From positions 6,848,001 through 6,912,000 of the forward strand of contig OZ244207.1 in assembly GCA_965216875.1 (NCBI GenBank): a stretch of 64,000 nucleotides of DNA. The letters are read 5' to 3'. Positions 50,301 to 60,867 of this stretch are shown piece by piece. The position numbers were made by a program, and so were the translations under genes. The stretch comes from Rubripirellula sp. (GTDB lineage: Bacteria; Planctomycetota; Planctomycetia; Pirellulales; Pirellulaceae). The first letter of the stretch is position 1. The number at the start of each line of letters is the position of its first letter. The notes beneath the pieces were generated by a model that saw nothing but the letters and a program-made list of their open reading frames with translations, had not been told where the DNA came from and made no database searches.

Positions 50301-51421
50301 GCATCGAATTTGTGGTCATGACACCGCGCGCACGAGACGGTCAAGCCCAGGAAGGCTTTTGAAAATGCATTGACTTGGTCATCAACAAAACGCACTTTTT
50401 CGTCCAGGGCATCGGTTGGGGCGAAACCGTGAAAAACCATTCGCCAATGAATGGGTCCGTGAATCGATTCGTTCCATCCCAATGCTCGATCGATGCGTGG
50501 GTCTTCAAGTAAGTCGCCCGCAACGTGCTCACGCACCAACTGGTCATAAGGCACATCGCGGTTAAGAGCGCGGATTAAGTAATCACGGTACCTCCAGGCC
50601 CCTTCGATCCCTGGATCGCCTTCACTGCCATGTGATTCGGCATAGCGTATCCAGTCCATCCAGTGGCGAGCCCAGCGTTCGCCAAAGTGCTCGCTTGCAA
50701 GCAGGTCGTCGATCAATTGCCGCGTGACATCGTCGCGGTTTTGCGAGCGTTCGTATTTGGCGATCCATTGATCGAATTGTTCCGGCGTGGGTGGTAGTCC
50801 AATCAGCGTGATGAACAAACGCCGAATCAAGACGGGTGGATCCGCTTGCCCAACAGGTTGAAGGTCATGTTGCTTCCAGCGGTCGGCGATGAATCGATCG
50901 ACGGGATGATCCGACCAGTTCGAAGTCGCCGGAGGCTGTGTCGACTTGATCGGTTGAAAACTCCACCAAGCTTTCCGGCGCTGAAGTGTTGCCTGCCACG
51001 ATGTTGCCTCCTTGAGCGTGTCGGGCGATGGAGGTTTGTCGCGCGGATCGAATGCGCCATCGGTGATCCATTTTTCGAAGTCTTCGATCACACGATCGTC
51101 AAGCTTGGGGCCATCCTGAGGCATCTCCAAACCATCGATCTCATGTTTCAAAATGGCGATAAGCCGATTGGAGCCCTCCTGGCTTGCGAGGAGTTTTCCG
51201 CCATCGCCACCGGCCGCCATCGCCTCGCGATGATCGACAGCGAGTCCCCCTTCGGCGTTGTCGGTGGAGTTGTGGCAGGCATAGCAATGTTCGACCAGAA
51301 CAGGACGAATCCGGCTTTCAAAAAATGCGAGCTTTTCTTCGTCGGCGGGGCCAGCAAACACGGAGGCCGTCATCAAGACGGCAAAGCAAATCGAAGCCTC
51401 AAGACGAGAGAGGGCGACCAT
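47375..51421 (-). CDS. Planctomycete cytochrome c + DUF1549 + DUF1553 protein with LamG-like insertion
   Basis: [63 protein letters not shown]. Confidence 0.93.
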   Translation of the reverse strand: MVALSRLEASICFAVLMTASVFAGPADEEKLAFFESRIRPVLVEHCYACHNSTDNAEGGLAVDHREAMAAGGDGGKLLASQEGSNRLIAILKHEIDGLEMPQDGPKLDDRVIEDFEKWITDGAFDPRDKPPSPDTLKEATSWQATLQRRKAWWSFQPIKSTQPPATSNWSDHPVDRFIADRWKQHDLQPVGQADPPVLIRRLFITLIGLPPTPEQFDQWIAKYERSQNRDDVTRQLIDDLLASEHFGERWARHWMDWIRYAESHGSEGDPGIEGAWRYRDYLIRALNRDVPYDQLVREHVAGDLLEDPRIDRALGWNESIHGPIHWRMVFHGFAPTDALDEKVRFVDDQVNAFSKAFLGLTVSCARCHDHKFDAISQRDYYALFGIFAACRPARQTIDLPDAFASQLDKLKALKPQIRKAIASDWLTSFDKLEQRLVDDGDWLEAAKDKQHSLHPLHQVRQRIKDDKSFDKQWRAMADHWRSQATIDADHLIHDWKLSEAGETSRWYKHGLGLSAAFNPAGEYRVATQEERALEGIYPAGVYSHALSDKLPGRLTSEDIDVPENAELWVRAIGDRDAFLRYVVQDYPRNGTVFPVTQLKPQWRWQRYDLKYWTGDRLHVELTTGLDAPLLVKNQPRSWFGATEVRLQTKGGAPPRSLHPLAHLLAPSSPASIDEVTQLVAATTKSAIEAWRDGKSSDSQAELLDRCVRDGLLPNELSRLPSAREFVRSYRKIEATVPVATRVPGLDETQGRKQPLFVRGNHKKPSEIVPARFLEAIDESEYDPSRSSRLQLAEDLLRDDNPLTRRVIANRLWHHLFGKGIVATPDNLGRLGMKPTHPELLDWLAGEVEKRDWSLKEMIRLIVTSKTWQLDSTPNSHAMETDPSNNFLARANVRRMDAEVIRDSLLAVSGRLDRNVFGPPVSGQSPRRSVYVRVIRNSLDPFLRAFDFPEPFSATGRRDVTNVPAQSLMMMNDPRVASDAAQFARKVLESTDSTEQRVNQLFVSAFSRRASDAEIESVQAFFDSTLASRKKLIAKAERLDQQIASATEQASSILRPVREQLVATAQADVSDDANGPSLKPIAHWDFSKGLEDLVGKANVKLQGGAKLDGGALSVRQGGYVVTDPLEFDLSEKTLEAWVQLDRLDQRSGGVMTLQTRDGVVFDSIVFAEQRPRQWLAGSNNFARTEPFSGSEESDAVDRFVHVAISYHADGQVTGFRDGRPYGKPYKSRGLQNYQAGNAVVSFGVRHLPAGGNRLLSGRVLKANLYDRALSAEEIASSARGGGVFVSNKQVMDALSDAQRDEHRKLLREIDALQTRRSALGEVPKSMNESDLWIELARAMITFKEFVYVR

Positions 51422-51669
51422 AGAAACAACCGCGACAGGAGGGACAAAAGGTGGGAGCTCCCATTCTAGTCATCTCGCTACCGCTGTGCCCTGTTCGTGG
51501 ACTCTGGTTCAAACGACCGTGAAGTAAGAGTTTCTCGCAAGAAATTGTGACCGCGCGGTGTTCTCGCGGAATAAACAATGGAGGCGGAGACTAGGCAAGC
51601 CTCCGTTGGCCGGCGGAATCACCCAAAATCCGGCTCCAGATTCTGATTTGCCCGGAATTGACTTCATCT

Positions 51670-52188
51670 ATGTCGCCACGAGACGAAACCCGCTTCATCG
51701 AAGCCTTGAGTCGCAACCAGCCGGCTTTGGAGGCGTTCTGTCACGCGAATCTCGCCAATCGTGATGATGCGCGCGAGGTCATGCAGGCAACTTGCGTGAA
51801 GCTATGGCAAAAGGCGGCAGACTGGAACCCAGAGACGGAATTCTTGCCGTGGGCATTCACCGTGGCGCGATTCACGATTCTTTCGCATTACCGCGACCAG
51901 AAACGCGACCGCTTGGTGTTCGATGAAGACGTGATCCACGCGATGACGGATGAAGTCGAAGAGGCCGCAGTTGCCTTTGATGGTCGGCGCGACGCGCTTT
52001 CCAAGTGCATGAAAAAACTCGATCAACGGCACAGGGCTCTGCTTCATGACCACTACACCGTCAGCCAGAGTTTGCGAGAAATCGCTGAAGCATCGGGGCG
52101 AAGCTTGAGTGCAGTAAAGATGACTTTGTTGCGAATTCGCCAGCAACTCAGCGCGTGCATTGAAAGCGAAATGAGGACCAACTCGTGA
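51670..52188 (+). CDS. ECF sigma-70 factor (Rhodopirellula/Verrucomicrobium type)
   Basis: DAREVMQ..LWQK, FLPWAFTVAR, SLREIA..AVKMTLLRIRQQLSACIE. Confidence 0.93.
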   Translation: MSPRDETRFIEALSRNQPALEAFCHANLANRDDAREVMQATCVKLWQKAADWNPETEFLPWAFTVARFTILSHYRDQKRDRLVFDEDVIHAMTDEVEEAAVAFDGRRDALSKCMKKLDQRHRALLHDHYTVSQSLREIAEASGRSLSAVKMTLLRIRQQLSACIESEMRTNS

Positions 52189-53168
52189 TGGAAGAGAGAC
52201 TGCTCAAATTACTTCAGAAGGTTCGAGACGAAGGTGACGATGACGCGCGAACCGAACTGAACGAGCTGCTTCGTAAGGATCCGGAAGCTCGAAAGATCAT
52301 GGCAAAGACACTGGTCGACGAACAGGCTCTGGTGAGTTGTTTGCGCGATGAATCGATCGTTTCCATTCTGAATGCGAAAACAGAAGTGGCAACCAGTCGG
52401 CCATCGATGAATCCTTCAAGGCGTCTCCTTCCATGGCCGAAGCAGGTCGCAGTGGCTTTGGCGGCCGGTGCGATCGTTGGACTGTTGGGAGTTGGAGTGG
52501 TCTGGGCTGTCCACTCGCCTCAATCACAGGCGCGAGTCATTCAGCTTGCGAACGGCGACTTCGAGGCATTTTCGGGGCCGGTTGAAATCGGCTTTCCGTC
52601 GCACTTTGGTCGATGGGGTGGCAATCCTGCTGAGGTGATTGAAGAAGCTGATGGAAATCGAGTGTTGCGTTTTCTGAAGACCGGGGATGTCCGTGGCGGG
52701 CCTGACGACTTGGCCTCGAACTGCTCCGTCTTTCAGCTGGTTGATTTGTCGCCGCTGCGGCAGCGATGGGGAAAGACAGATCCTGAGACTCAAGTCACTC
52801 TCAGCCTCTCGGCCCGCTTCCACCGAAAGGCTGCTCCGACTGATGCGGAACTGCCGAAGCTCGGAGGAAGTTGTCGCATCTACCTTTTCAATGCGGAGGC
52901 TGAAGCGATCGGAAACGGATGGCCTCGTGTGATCAACGAGGACGGTGTCGGCTATGGCAAAAAGGGAATCAAACTCGCTCCCGGAGACGAGCCAGAGACG
53001 ATAACCGCATCCTGCCTTCTCGAATCGGATGCGACCGTTGCACTTATCGTCGTTGTCGCGGGCACCCGCTCGCGTGCGGCGCCTGTCGATTTGGGTGGTT
53101 ACTTTGTCGATGACGTCCAGCTCACCGCGATCAGGCAACCGGCCCTACCCGTCCGCTTTGTAGAGTAG
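52185..53168 (+). CDS. Putative membrane anti-sigma factor
   Basis: GTGA overlap with the ECF gene; ELNELLRKDPEAR N-terminus, single TM, NGDFE..FVDDVQL beta-sandwich domain. Confidence 0.75.
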   Translation: MMEERLLKLLQKVRDEGDDDARTELNELLRKDPEARKIMAKTLVDEQALVSCLRDESIVSILNAKTEVATSRPSMNPSRRLLPWPKQVAVALAAGAIVGLLGVGVVWAVHSPQSQARVIQLANGDFEAFSGPVEIGFPSHFGRWGGNPAEVIEEADGNRVLRFLKTGDVRGGPDDLASNCSVFQLVDLSPLRQRWGKTDPETQVTLSLSARFHRKAAPTDAELPKLGGSCRIYLFNAEAEAIGNGWPRVINEDGVGYGKKGIKLAPGDEPETITASCLLESDATVALIVVVAGTRSRAAPVDLGGYFVDDVQLTAIRQPALPVRFVE

Positions 53169-53234
53169 AAATGTTCCCTTGGGGTCAGCATTCACGTACG
53201 CAAGATTGCACCCGTCAAGACCAGAATCAAATCC

Positions 53235-54668
53235 ATGAAACTTCAATACGCACTTAACGCACTGAGCTTGAGCCTGATCGCGATACCCTCAATCCTCTTC
53301 GCGGAAGCCAAGCCGAACATTGTCATCATTCTGACCGATGATCAGGGTTACGCCGATGTCAGCTACAACCCGCACTCTCCGCCGGAAGTCAGTACGCCGA
53401 ATATCGACGCCCTCGCACATTCGTCCATCATCTGCACTCAGGGTTACACCAGCGGGCACGTCTGTTCGCCGACTCGCGCGGGACTGATGACAGGTCGTTA
53501 CCAGCAGCGATTTGGAATCTATACCGCAGGGGAAGGAGGCTCTGGTGTTCCGCTTGATGAAGTGTTTATTCCTCAGCGGCTAAAGCCTGCCGGCTACGTT
53601 TCCGGAGCATTGGGTAAATGGCATCTCGGACTCACCGAAGAGTACCACGCGATGAAGCGCGGGTTCGATGAGTTCTATGGCTTTATGGGACGTGGTGCGC
53701 ATCCGTACTTTGACCACTCAGACATGAACCATCCCATCTACCGTGGTCTCAAGCCCATCAAAGAGGAAGGCTACCTGACCACACGAATCACAGAAGAAGC
53801 GGTCGACTTCATCGACCGTCATAAGGAGGAGCCCTTCTTTCTCTATGTGGCGTACAACGCCGTGCATTCTCCTCCCGAGGCCCCCGAGGAAGACATCAAG
53901 CGTGTGACCGGGGATAAGACGCGCGACACGCTGATGGCGATGATCAAGCACCTCGACATGGGCGTTGGCGAAATTGTGAGTTCGCTAAAGAAGCACGACA
54001 TTTTCGACAACACACTGCTGATCTTTCTGACAGACAACGGCGGTTCAGGTGCCATGCACGCCAACAATGCACCGCTTCGCGGCTTCAAGCAGATGGACTA
54101 CGAGGGTGGCATTCATGTCCCGTTCATTGTGTCGTGGCCGGCACAACTCAACGGCGGGAAGAAGTGTGACGTCCCAATGTGGTCGATCGATTTGTTTGCC
54201 ACGGCTCTCGACGCTGCCGGGCTTCCCATGCCTGAGGACAAGCCATTGGACGGGAAAAGCATTCTGCCCGCACTTCGAGGTGAAACTGACAAGCTTCACG
54301 AAGAATTCTATTGGAGCTCTGCGGGGGACAAAGGAAAGTGGGCAGTTCGCAGCGGAAACTGGAAATTGGTCGCCGAAAAGAAGAGAGTAGAACTCTTTGA
54401 TCTTGAAAAGGATCTCAGCGAAACGAAGGACCTCTCTGCAAAGCGTCCGCATGTGGTCTCCGAACTCACAGCCAAATACAACACGTGGCTCGATGAAATG
54501 GCGGAACCGATAAGCAAGCAGAAAAAGCGCTGGAGTGCTGATGCTCCCGCGCCAGCCAAAAAGATGAGCAAAGAGGAAAAGAAAGCGGCACGCGAGAAAG
54601 CGAAAGCCGAACGCATCAAAGCACGTGAAGCAAAGCACAGAAGCCAAGCTCGGGAATCATCGAAGTGA
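53235..54668 (+). CDS. Secreted arylsulfatase
   Basis: KPNIVIILTDDQG, CSPTRAGLMTG, GKWHLG, TDNGG. Confidence 0.94.
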   Translation: MKLQYALNALSLSLIAIPSILFAEAKPNIVIILTDDQGYADVSYNPHSPPEVSTPNIDALAHSSIICTQGYTSGHVCSPTRAGLMTGRYQQRFGIYTAGEGGSGVPLDEVFIPQRLKPAGYVSGALGKWHLGLTEEYHAMKRGFDEFYGFMGRGAHPYFDHSDMNHPIYRGLKPIKEEGYLTTRITEEAVDFIDRHKEEPFFLYVAYNAVHSPPEAPEEDIKRVTGDKTRDTLMAMIKHLDMGVGEIVSSLKKHDIFDNTLLIFLTDNGGSGAMHANNAPLRGFKQMDYEGGIHVPFIVSWPAQLNGGKKCDVPMWSIDLFATALDAAGLPMPEDKPLDGKSILPALRGETDKLHEEFYWSSAGDKGKWAVRSGNWKLVAEKKRVELFDLEKDLSETKDLSAKRPHVVSELTAKYNTWLDEMAEPISKQKKRWSADAPAPAKKMSKEEKKAAREKAKAERIKAREAKHRSQARESSK

Positions 54669-54722
54669 TGCTCTTTGCAAGCAGCGCGATCCACCACACA
54701 TACTGAATCAAACAAACTCGCC

Positions 54723-56474
54723 ATGAAAACCTTGGTAGCATTTTCAAGCTTCTGTTTGTCGGCACTGGTTGCCACAGTTGCTCAGGCGGATCGACCAAAC
54801 ATCATCATGTTTCTGATCGACGATCAGAACCCGTCGAGCATCGGCGCGTTTGGGGGCGATACCTACACTCCCAATCTCGACCGCATGGCCGAGGAAGGCA
54901 TGAAGTTCACGCGAGCCTACGTCAGTAGCTCGGTCTGCACTCCGTCTCGCTACAGCTTCCTGACGGGTCGGTTCGCTGGTAACTCGCACAGCAAACTGTA
55001 CGCCGAAGCGGTCGGCAGCAAAGAGCATCAGGGGCTTCCCAATTTCAATGTCGCACTCGAACGCGACAAGATGAATGTTGGAAATGTTTTGCGTGAAGCC
55101 GGGTATACCACCGGATTTGTCGGGAAATTCCACCTTAGTTCTCGGTTGGATTTTCCTGAGTTCTACAAAGGCAAAGACGGCTGGATCAAAATCGCCAAAG
55201 ACGCCAGCCCTGGTCCTGAAACGTCGGCTCAGTTCAAACACAACGAACGCTGGATGCGGCACTACCTTCAAGCACTTGGCTTTTCGTGGGCGAAGAACGT
55301 CTATCCGGAGAACATTCATTCGCCCTATTCCTCGCACAACCCCGAATGGACGACGGTAGCAGCGTTGGAGTTCATTGAAGAGAACAAGGAAGGGCCCTTT
55401 TACCTTCATCTTTGCAGCACGCTGTTGCATGGGCCGGATCGGTCCTGGCGAAAGTCCATGGATCATCCGCTGGTCACCGGTGAAGGAGAAGTCCCTCGTC
55501 TTCCAAGCGTCATGACGCCTCGCGAAGAGCTTCTCAAAACGATCGCCGAAGAAGGTTTCGATCCCGACAGCCATGTCGCTGGTGAAGCGTGGATCGACGA
55601 TTCACTCGGGGCCATTCTCCGAAAGCTGAAAGAACTTGGAATCGATGACAACACGCTGGTTGTATTCGCGCCGGATCACGGTCGCGATGGCAAAGCCTCT
55701 GTCTTTTCACGCGGTGGCTGCCAAGTGCCCATGATCATGCGTTGGCCCAATGGAATCCCCGCTGGACAGGTTTGTGACGAACTCGTGCAGAACATCGACC
55801 TCGTTCCTACGTTCTTCGATCTGGGGAAAACGCAAGCACCCAGCTCTTACCGAATCGATGGCCAGAGTCTCACCCCGCTGTTCAAGAACGGAACGACCGA
55901 AGGTTGGCGGAAACATCTCTATCTCGAAATGGGAGCTGCGCGGGCAACGGTCACGAAAGATTGGTCCTACATCGCCGTCCGCCACACCAAAGACCAGATC
56001 GCGGCCATCAAGAATGCGAAGCCCGAGAACTTACCGCGTGCAATGTCCTACATCGGCCGTCTGGGGATCGGAGTGCGGGGAGCTGATCGCCCCGGTTTCT
56101 TCGATGAAGATCAACTCTACAACCTTCGGAGTGATCCGAATGAAATGAAGAACCTGGCTTACAAGAAGGCTCTTGCGCCTCGCATTCAAGAGATGCGTGA
56201 TCTCATGCAACAGGACCTTGAAGCGATCGGCCGTCCCTTTGGTGAATTCATCCCTGGAGGCAACGCAACCGGACCCGGCCAGATCGACAAGCAAATCGAA
56301 ATCGTGAAGCGACTCGATATCCGAGGCAAGAAGGTAACGGTGCCATCCGCGTTGAAGGGAAAGGTTTCCGTCGCCGATCCATCGCCTTCTGATGACAAAG
56401 CGAAGAGGCAAGCGAAACGCGAGGCCCGCAAGAAAGCACGGCAGGAAGGCAAATCGGGAGCAGGAACAGAATGA
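54723..56474 (+). CDS. Secreted sulfatase
   Basis: RPNIIMFLIDDQ, CTPSRYSFLTG, GKFHL, PDHG. Confidence 0.92.
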   Translation: MKTLVAFSSFCLSALVATVAQADRPNIIMFLIDDQNPSSIGAFGGDTYTPNLDRMAEEGMKFTRAYVSSSVCTPSRYSFLTGRFAGNSHSKLYAEAVGSKEHQGLPNFNVALERDKMNVGNVLREAGYTTGFVGKFHLSSRLDFPEFYKGKDGWIKIAKDASPGPETSAQFKHNERWMRHYLQALGFSWAKNVYPENIHSPYSSHNPEWTTVAALEFIEENKEGPFYLHLCSTLLHGPDRSWRKSMDHPLVTGEGEVPRLPSVMTPREELLKTIAEEGFDPDSHVAGEAWIDDSLGAILRKLKELGIDDNTLVVFAPDHGRDGKASVFSRGGCQVPMIMRWPNGIPAGQVCDELVQNIDLVPTFFDLGKTQAPSSYRIDGQSLTPLFKNGTTEGWRKHLYLEMGAARATVTKDWSYIAVRHTKDQIAAIKNAKPENLPRAMSYIGRLGIGVRGADRPGFFDEDQLYNLRSDPNEMKNLAYKKALAPRIQEMRDLMQQDLEAIGRPFGEFIPGGNATGPGQIDKQIEIVKRLDIRGKKVTVPSALKGKVSVADPSPSDDKAKRQAKREARKKARQEGKSGAGTE

Positions 56475-56509
56475 ACCGAAAACGCGATGACTCGCGACGA
56501 GAGTGCACT

Positions 56510-57802
56510 ATGAAATCACAAGTTAGCCGCCGGCATCTGCTTCGTGGAGCCGGAGCGCTGATCGCATTGCCTGGACTCGAGTCGATTGGCTTCCGCCGAT
56601 TTGCTTCGGCATCCGAGACGGCCGCGCCAAAGCCACCCAAGCGGATGGTCTGTCTCGGTTTGGGGTTTGGTGTGACGCAGGAATCTTGGTTTCCGAGCAT
56701 CGATCAAACTGGAACCGAATACAGCCTACCGGAAGGTCTCAAGCCACTTGCGCGGCACAGGAATGACTTTACGGTCGTCCAGGGGTGCTCGAACAAGTTC
56801 AGCAATGAAGCTCACTGGGGAAGCACGTTTTGGTTGACGGGTGCCAATCGATTTGCTGTGCCCGGCCAAAATATGTCCAACAGCATCTCTGCCGATCAAG
56901 TGGCGGCGCAGGGACTCGGCCAGGACACACGCTTCTCATCGATTCAACTCAACAGCACAGATGGTAGCTCGTCCGGCCATGGGCCAGGTCTCTCGTTGGC
57001 CTGGGACCAGCGCGGCAAGCCGATGGCGGGATTCAATGATCCGGTGCAACTGTTCCACAAACTTTTTTCCGCCGACGATCTGCCATTGGAGCAACGGCAG
57101 GCCGCCATTGCCGAAAACCGAAGCGTGTTGGATGCCGTCCTCACAGAAGCCAGTCGCGTACGACGCGGTCTGACGAAGACCGACAAAGACAAGCTGGAGG
57201 AGTATTTTCAGGGCATCCGCGACATCGAAACGCGACTGAGCAAGGATGAAACATGGCTTGAAATCCCAAAAGCGAATGCGCCCATCGACGAGCCAGAACC
57301 GGGTCTCAAGGGACGCGACGAAATTGCGGTGATGTACGACCTGATTGTCGCCGCCCTGCAGACGGACAGCACACGTGTGATGACCTACCGCATGCCGGGC
57401 CAAGCACTCCTACAGAGCCTGGGAGTTACGCTGAGCGCTCATAACGTAAGCCATTACTCTCCGGGTGAACGCATGCAGGCGTCACAGGCTCGCGACAAGG
57501 CCCACTGCGCGTTGCTGGCTGGGTTAATCGACAGACTCAAGACGACCAAAGAAGCCGACGGCTCGAGTCTCTTTGATCATGTGGCGTTGGCATTCGGATC
57601 GAACATCAGTTCCATTCACTACCTGACCAATTGTCCAACCATTCTCACAGGCGGCGGGGCCAACCTGAAGCTGGGGCAGCATCTCGTCCTGCCGAAGGAC
57701 ACACCACTGTGCAACGTATGGTTAACGATGCTGCAGGGACTTGGGATCAACACAGAACGGCACGGTGACAGCACCGGCGTCGTAAAGGAACTGCAGGCAT
57801 GA
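56510..57802 (+). CDS. DUF1552 (HXXSHH-like) domain protein, Tat signal
   Basis: SRRHLLRGAGALIALPGLES, ISADQVAA, SVLDAV, IRDIETR, HNVSHY, TPLCNVWLTML. Confidence 0.9.
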   Translation: MKSQVSRRHLLRGAGALIALPGLESIGFRRFASASETAAPKPPKRMVCLGLGFGVTQESWFPSIDQTGTEYSLPEGLKPLARHRNDFTVVQGCSNKFSNEAHWGSTFWLTGANRFAVPGQNMSNSISADQVAAQGLGQDTRFSSIQLNSTDGSSSGHGPGLSLAWDQRGKPMAGFNDPVQLFHKLFSADDLPLEQRQAAIAENRSVLDAVLTEASRVRRGLTKTDKDKLEEYFQGIRDIETRLSKDETWLEIPKANAPIDEPEPGLKGRDEIAVMYDLIVAALQTDSTRVMTYRMPGQALLQSLGVTLSAHNVSHYSPGERMQASQARDKAHCALLAGLIDRLKTTKEADGSSLFDHVALAFGSNISSIHYLTNCPTILTGGGANLKLGQHLVLPKDTPLCNVWLTMLQGLGINTERHGDSTGVVKELQA

Positions 57803-60549
57803 TGATCTCACCCAAAGTCACAAGGACTCGAAGGATTGCACTTGCCGCATGCAATGTCTGCGCGCTGATTACGTGGTCTTGTTCTGCTGCACATTCCGCC
57901 TCGCCAGAAGTGAGTCTTCCTGACAAACACCGGGCATTTTTCAAAGCACACTGCCTCGACTGTCACGACTCCGCGACGCGAGAAGGCAAAGTGGATCTCG
58001 AATCGTTACCTTTCCAGATCGAGACGCTCGAACAGGCGGAGCAATGGCAGAAGGTCCTAAACGCACTGAACTCTGGTGAAATGCCCCCAGAAGATTCCGA
58101 GCAGCCGGGCAACACTGAAAAGGCCGACTTCCTCGATGACCTTGCTCGGACGATGGTCGCCGCGCGGAAAGCACTATCGGATTCCGGCGGCAAGATCACC
58201 ATGCGGCGACTCAACCGGCGCGAGTACCGCAACACAATTGAGCATCTGACCGGTGTCAACGTTGACGCTAGCTCGCTGCCAACCGATGGCGGGGCCGGAA
58301 GGTTTGACACCGTCGGGGCATCGCAGTTCATTTCGAGCGACCAATTCGAGCAGTATCTCAAACTGGGGCGTCAGGCGATTGATGAAGCGTTCGAGCGGGA
58401 GGTCGCACTGCGACATGGTTCGCGAGTCTTCCGCGTCGAGCCGGAAACGACGGTCAACGTCCAAAGTCTCAAAAGCATGCGAAAGATGGAGGAAACCCAA
58501 GACCGCTTCATGCGTTGGAAAGAGGGTGTCGATAAAGCCGCGGCTGCGCCCGAGAACAAAGACATCATGGCAACCATTCTCAAGGAGAACCCGAAGTTTG
58601 ATCTGTCCGCATGGCCGTCAGCGTCAGCCTTCTTGTTCTACCGACACGCCCATCAATTGAGCGGAGCACCTGACCCGAAGGCGTTTGGATTCAAAGATGA
58701 CAACGATGCGACCTTCTCTTTCCAAGGTGGCTACTCCCGAAAACACGCTTACATCAAGCACTACGCCGAGCTGCCTCACAATGATCGTGGCACCTATCTT
58801 AAGCTCACTTGGGGCATTCAACGCATCGACGTCACTCCAAAGCCAAAGAATCTGCCGCCCGGGAAGTACAGGATGCGTGTGCGAGCCGGAGTCGTCGAAG
58901 GATCTCCGTCATACCGTCACTTCATCGAAATCGGACACCCACAGCGCGTCAATGGTGTGCAGGCAGGATTCGCAAGTTTGCCGATTAGCAGTCATCAGGT
59001 GACTGGAACCATCGAACAGCCGGAGATCATTGAGACGCAACTTGAGGTTGGCCTACTGACCCAGAAGGAGTTTGGAATTCAGGAGCGGCAGCCCACCAAT
59101 GGCAAGAGCCTCCGAGATGCCTACAACCGAGACAAACGCAGTAACGGCTATGGAACGCCGCCTGCTCTCTGGATTGACTGGATTGAACTCGAAGGTCCGC
59201 TTCCGAACACCGGACCGCCTTCACCGCTGCGGGCGACTCTCGACAGGTATTCTGCGACGACCACGCATTCCGAAGCGGAACGCGCTCGCGCAATCCTCAC
59301 CGATTTCGCAGTCGCCGCCTTTCGCAAGGCAAAGCCCGACGCGAAGTTCATCGACAAGCTCTTGACAATTTTTGAAATGCGTCGACAAGCCGGTGATTCC
59401 TTCGAAGTTGCCATTCGCACGCCGCTCAGCGTCATTCTGGCTTCGCCCGGTTTTCTCTATCTCAACGAACCGGGCGATGATTCTGAACGACGTCAGCTCG
59501 ATGACCGTGAACTTGCCGTGCGTCTGGCCTACTTCCTTTGGAGTGCTCCTCCCGATCGGGAACTGTGGGAGCTTGCCGAACGCAACGAGTTGCACCGACG
59601 CGATGTGCTTCGCGAGCAGGTATCTCGTCTGATCGCCGATCCGCGTTCGGATGAATTCGTCTCCGGCTTCGTGCATCAGTGGCTTGATATGGAGCGGCTC
59701 GACTTCTTCCAATTTGACGTATCACTGCATCGCGAGTTCGATGAAAACACCCGCGCTGCGGCCCGCAATGAGGTCTACCAGTCGTTTGCCCATCTGCTGC
59801 GTGATTCGGACAATGGCCAGCTCGGCTCACTTCTGAAAAGCGACTACGTTTTCATTAACGGACTGCTCGCGACGTACTACGGTATCGAAGGTGTTACCGG
59901 CGACGAGTTCCGCAAAGTCAATCTCACGGCCGACTCGCCTCGGGGCGGACTACTCGGAATGGCCGCCATCCATGCGATGGGTAGCGATGGTGTTGTCAGC
60001 AGCCCGGTTGAACGCGGAGCCTGGGTGCTTCGTCATCTGTTGAATGATCCTCCGCCACCAGCACCGCCCAACGTCCCGCAAATCTCACGTCTGGAAGGGC
60101 AGATCCTTACCACGCGAGAACGACTCATCGCACATCAGGAAGAAGCCCAGTGCGCAAGCTGCCACCGTAAGATTGACCCCATCGGGTTCGGCCTGGAGAA
60201 CTTCAATGCGGCCGGCAAATGGCGAATGGAAGACAGCTATCAGCTGCGAGACAGGCGAGGTCGAGGAATCGGCAAACGCAAGACCTGGGCGATCGACACT
60301 GCGGGAGCATTCCACAAGGGACCAGAGTTCAGGAACTATCGCGAACTACGCAACCTCATCGCCGACCGAAAAGAAGACTTTGCTCGCGGGTTCACTGAGC
60401 ACCTGATCGAATACGCCTTGGGCCGGCCGTTTGGATTCACCGATGAAGACCTGGCCGCCGAAATCGTCGATTCCGCACGCAACAAAGAGTTCGTTGTCAG
60501 CGAATTCATTCACGCGCTGACTAATAGTGAGGCGTTCCGGACGAAATAG
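57799..60549 (+). CDS. Planctomycete cytochrome c + DUF1587/1595/1592/1588/1585 protein
   Basis: CLDCH..EMPP, MRRLNRREY, ELAVRLAYFLWS, SPVERGAW, CASCHRKIDPIGFGLENF, YALGR. Confidence 0.93.
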   Translation: MMISPKVTRTRRIALAACNVCALITWSCSAAHSASPEVSLPDKHRAFFKAHCLDCHDSATREGKVDLESLPFQIETLEQAEQWQKVLNALNSGEMPPEDSEQPGNTEKADFLDDLARTMVAARKALSDSGGKITMRRLNRREYRNTIEHLTGVNVDASSLPTDGGAGRFDTVGASQFISSDQFEQYLKLGRQAIDEAFEREVALRHGSRVFRVEPETTVNVQSLKSMRKMEETQDRFMRWKEGVDKAAAAPENKDIMATILKENPKFDLSAWPSASAFLFYRHAHQLSGAPDPKAFGFKDDNDATFSFQGGYSRKHAYIKHYAELPHNDRGTYLKLTWGIQRIDVTPKPKNLPPGKYRMRVRAGVVEGSPSYRHFIEIGHPQRVNGVQAGFASLPISSHQVTGTIEQPEIIETQLEVGLLTQKEFGIQERQPTNGKSLRDAYNRDKRSNGYGTPPALWIDWIELEGPLPNTGPPSPLRATLDRYSATTTHSEAERARAILTDFAVAAFRKAKPDAKFIDKLLTIFEMRRQAGDSFEVAIRTPLSVILASPGFLYLNEPGDDSERRQLDDRELAVRLAYFLWSAPPDRELWELAERNELHRRDVLREQVSRLIADPRSDEFVSGFVHQWLDMERLDFFQFDVSLHREFDENTRAAARNEVYQSFAHLLRDSDNGQLGSLLKSDYVFINGLLATYYGIEGVTGDEFRKVNLTADSPRGGLLGMAAIHAMGSDGVVSSPVERGAWVLRHLLNDPPPPAPPNVPQISRLEGQILTTRERLIAHQEEAQCASCHRKIDPIGFGLENFNAAGKWRMEDSYQLRDRRGRGIGKRKTWAIDTAGAFHKGPEFRNYRELRNLIADRKEDFARGFTEHLIEYALGRPFGFTDEDLAAEIVDSARNKEFVVSEFIHALTNSEAFRTK

Positions 60550-60867
60550 TCATTCGCGATCGACCCATCGAGCAGCAACCTGCAGCGCTGACAGAACAGG
60601 TCCGAAGCACCGGAATTGCACGAGCGTTCGATCGTCGAACCAAAAAAACGAGCCCACACTTCGCTCGTTGAGCAAAATGTGGGCTTGCGTTAGGCAGCCG
60701 TTACTTCTGTTGAGAGGAGTCGAGGCTCTTGCGCGGCAGGTGTCCCGACTGTCGCCGCACAACAAAAGAACAACTAAAATCATACCGGTGAGCTGCCCCT
60801 TACTTGCAATAAGAAACTCTCTCACCTGCCAATCCAATCCGTACCGCTTTTCGAGAAGGGTGTCGCA

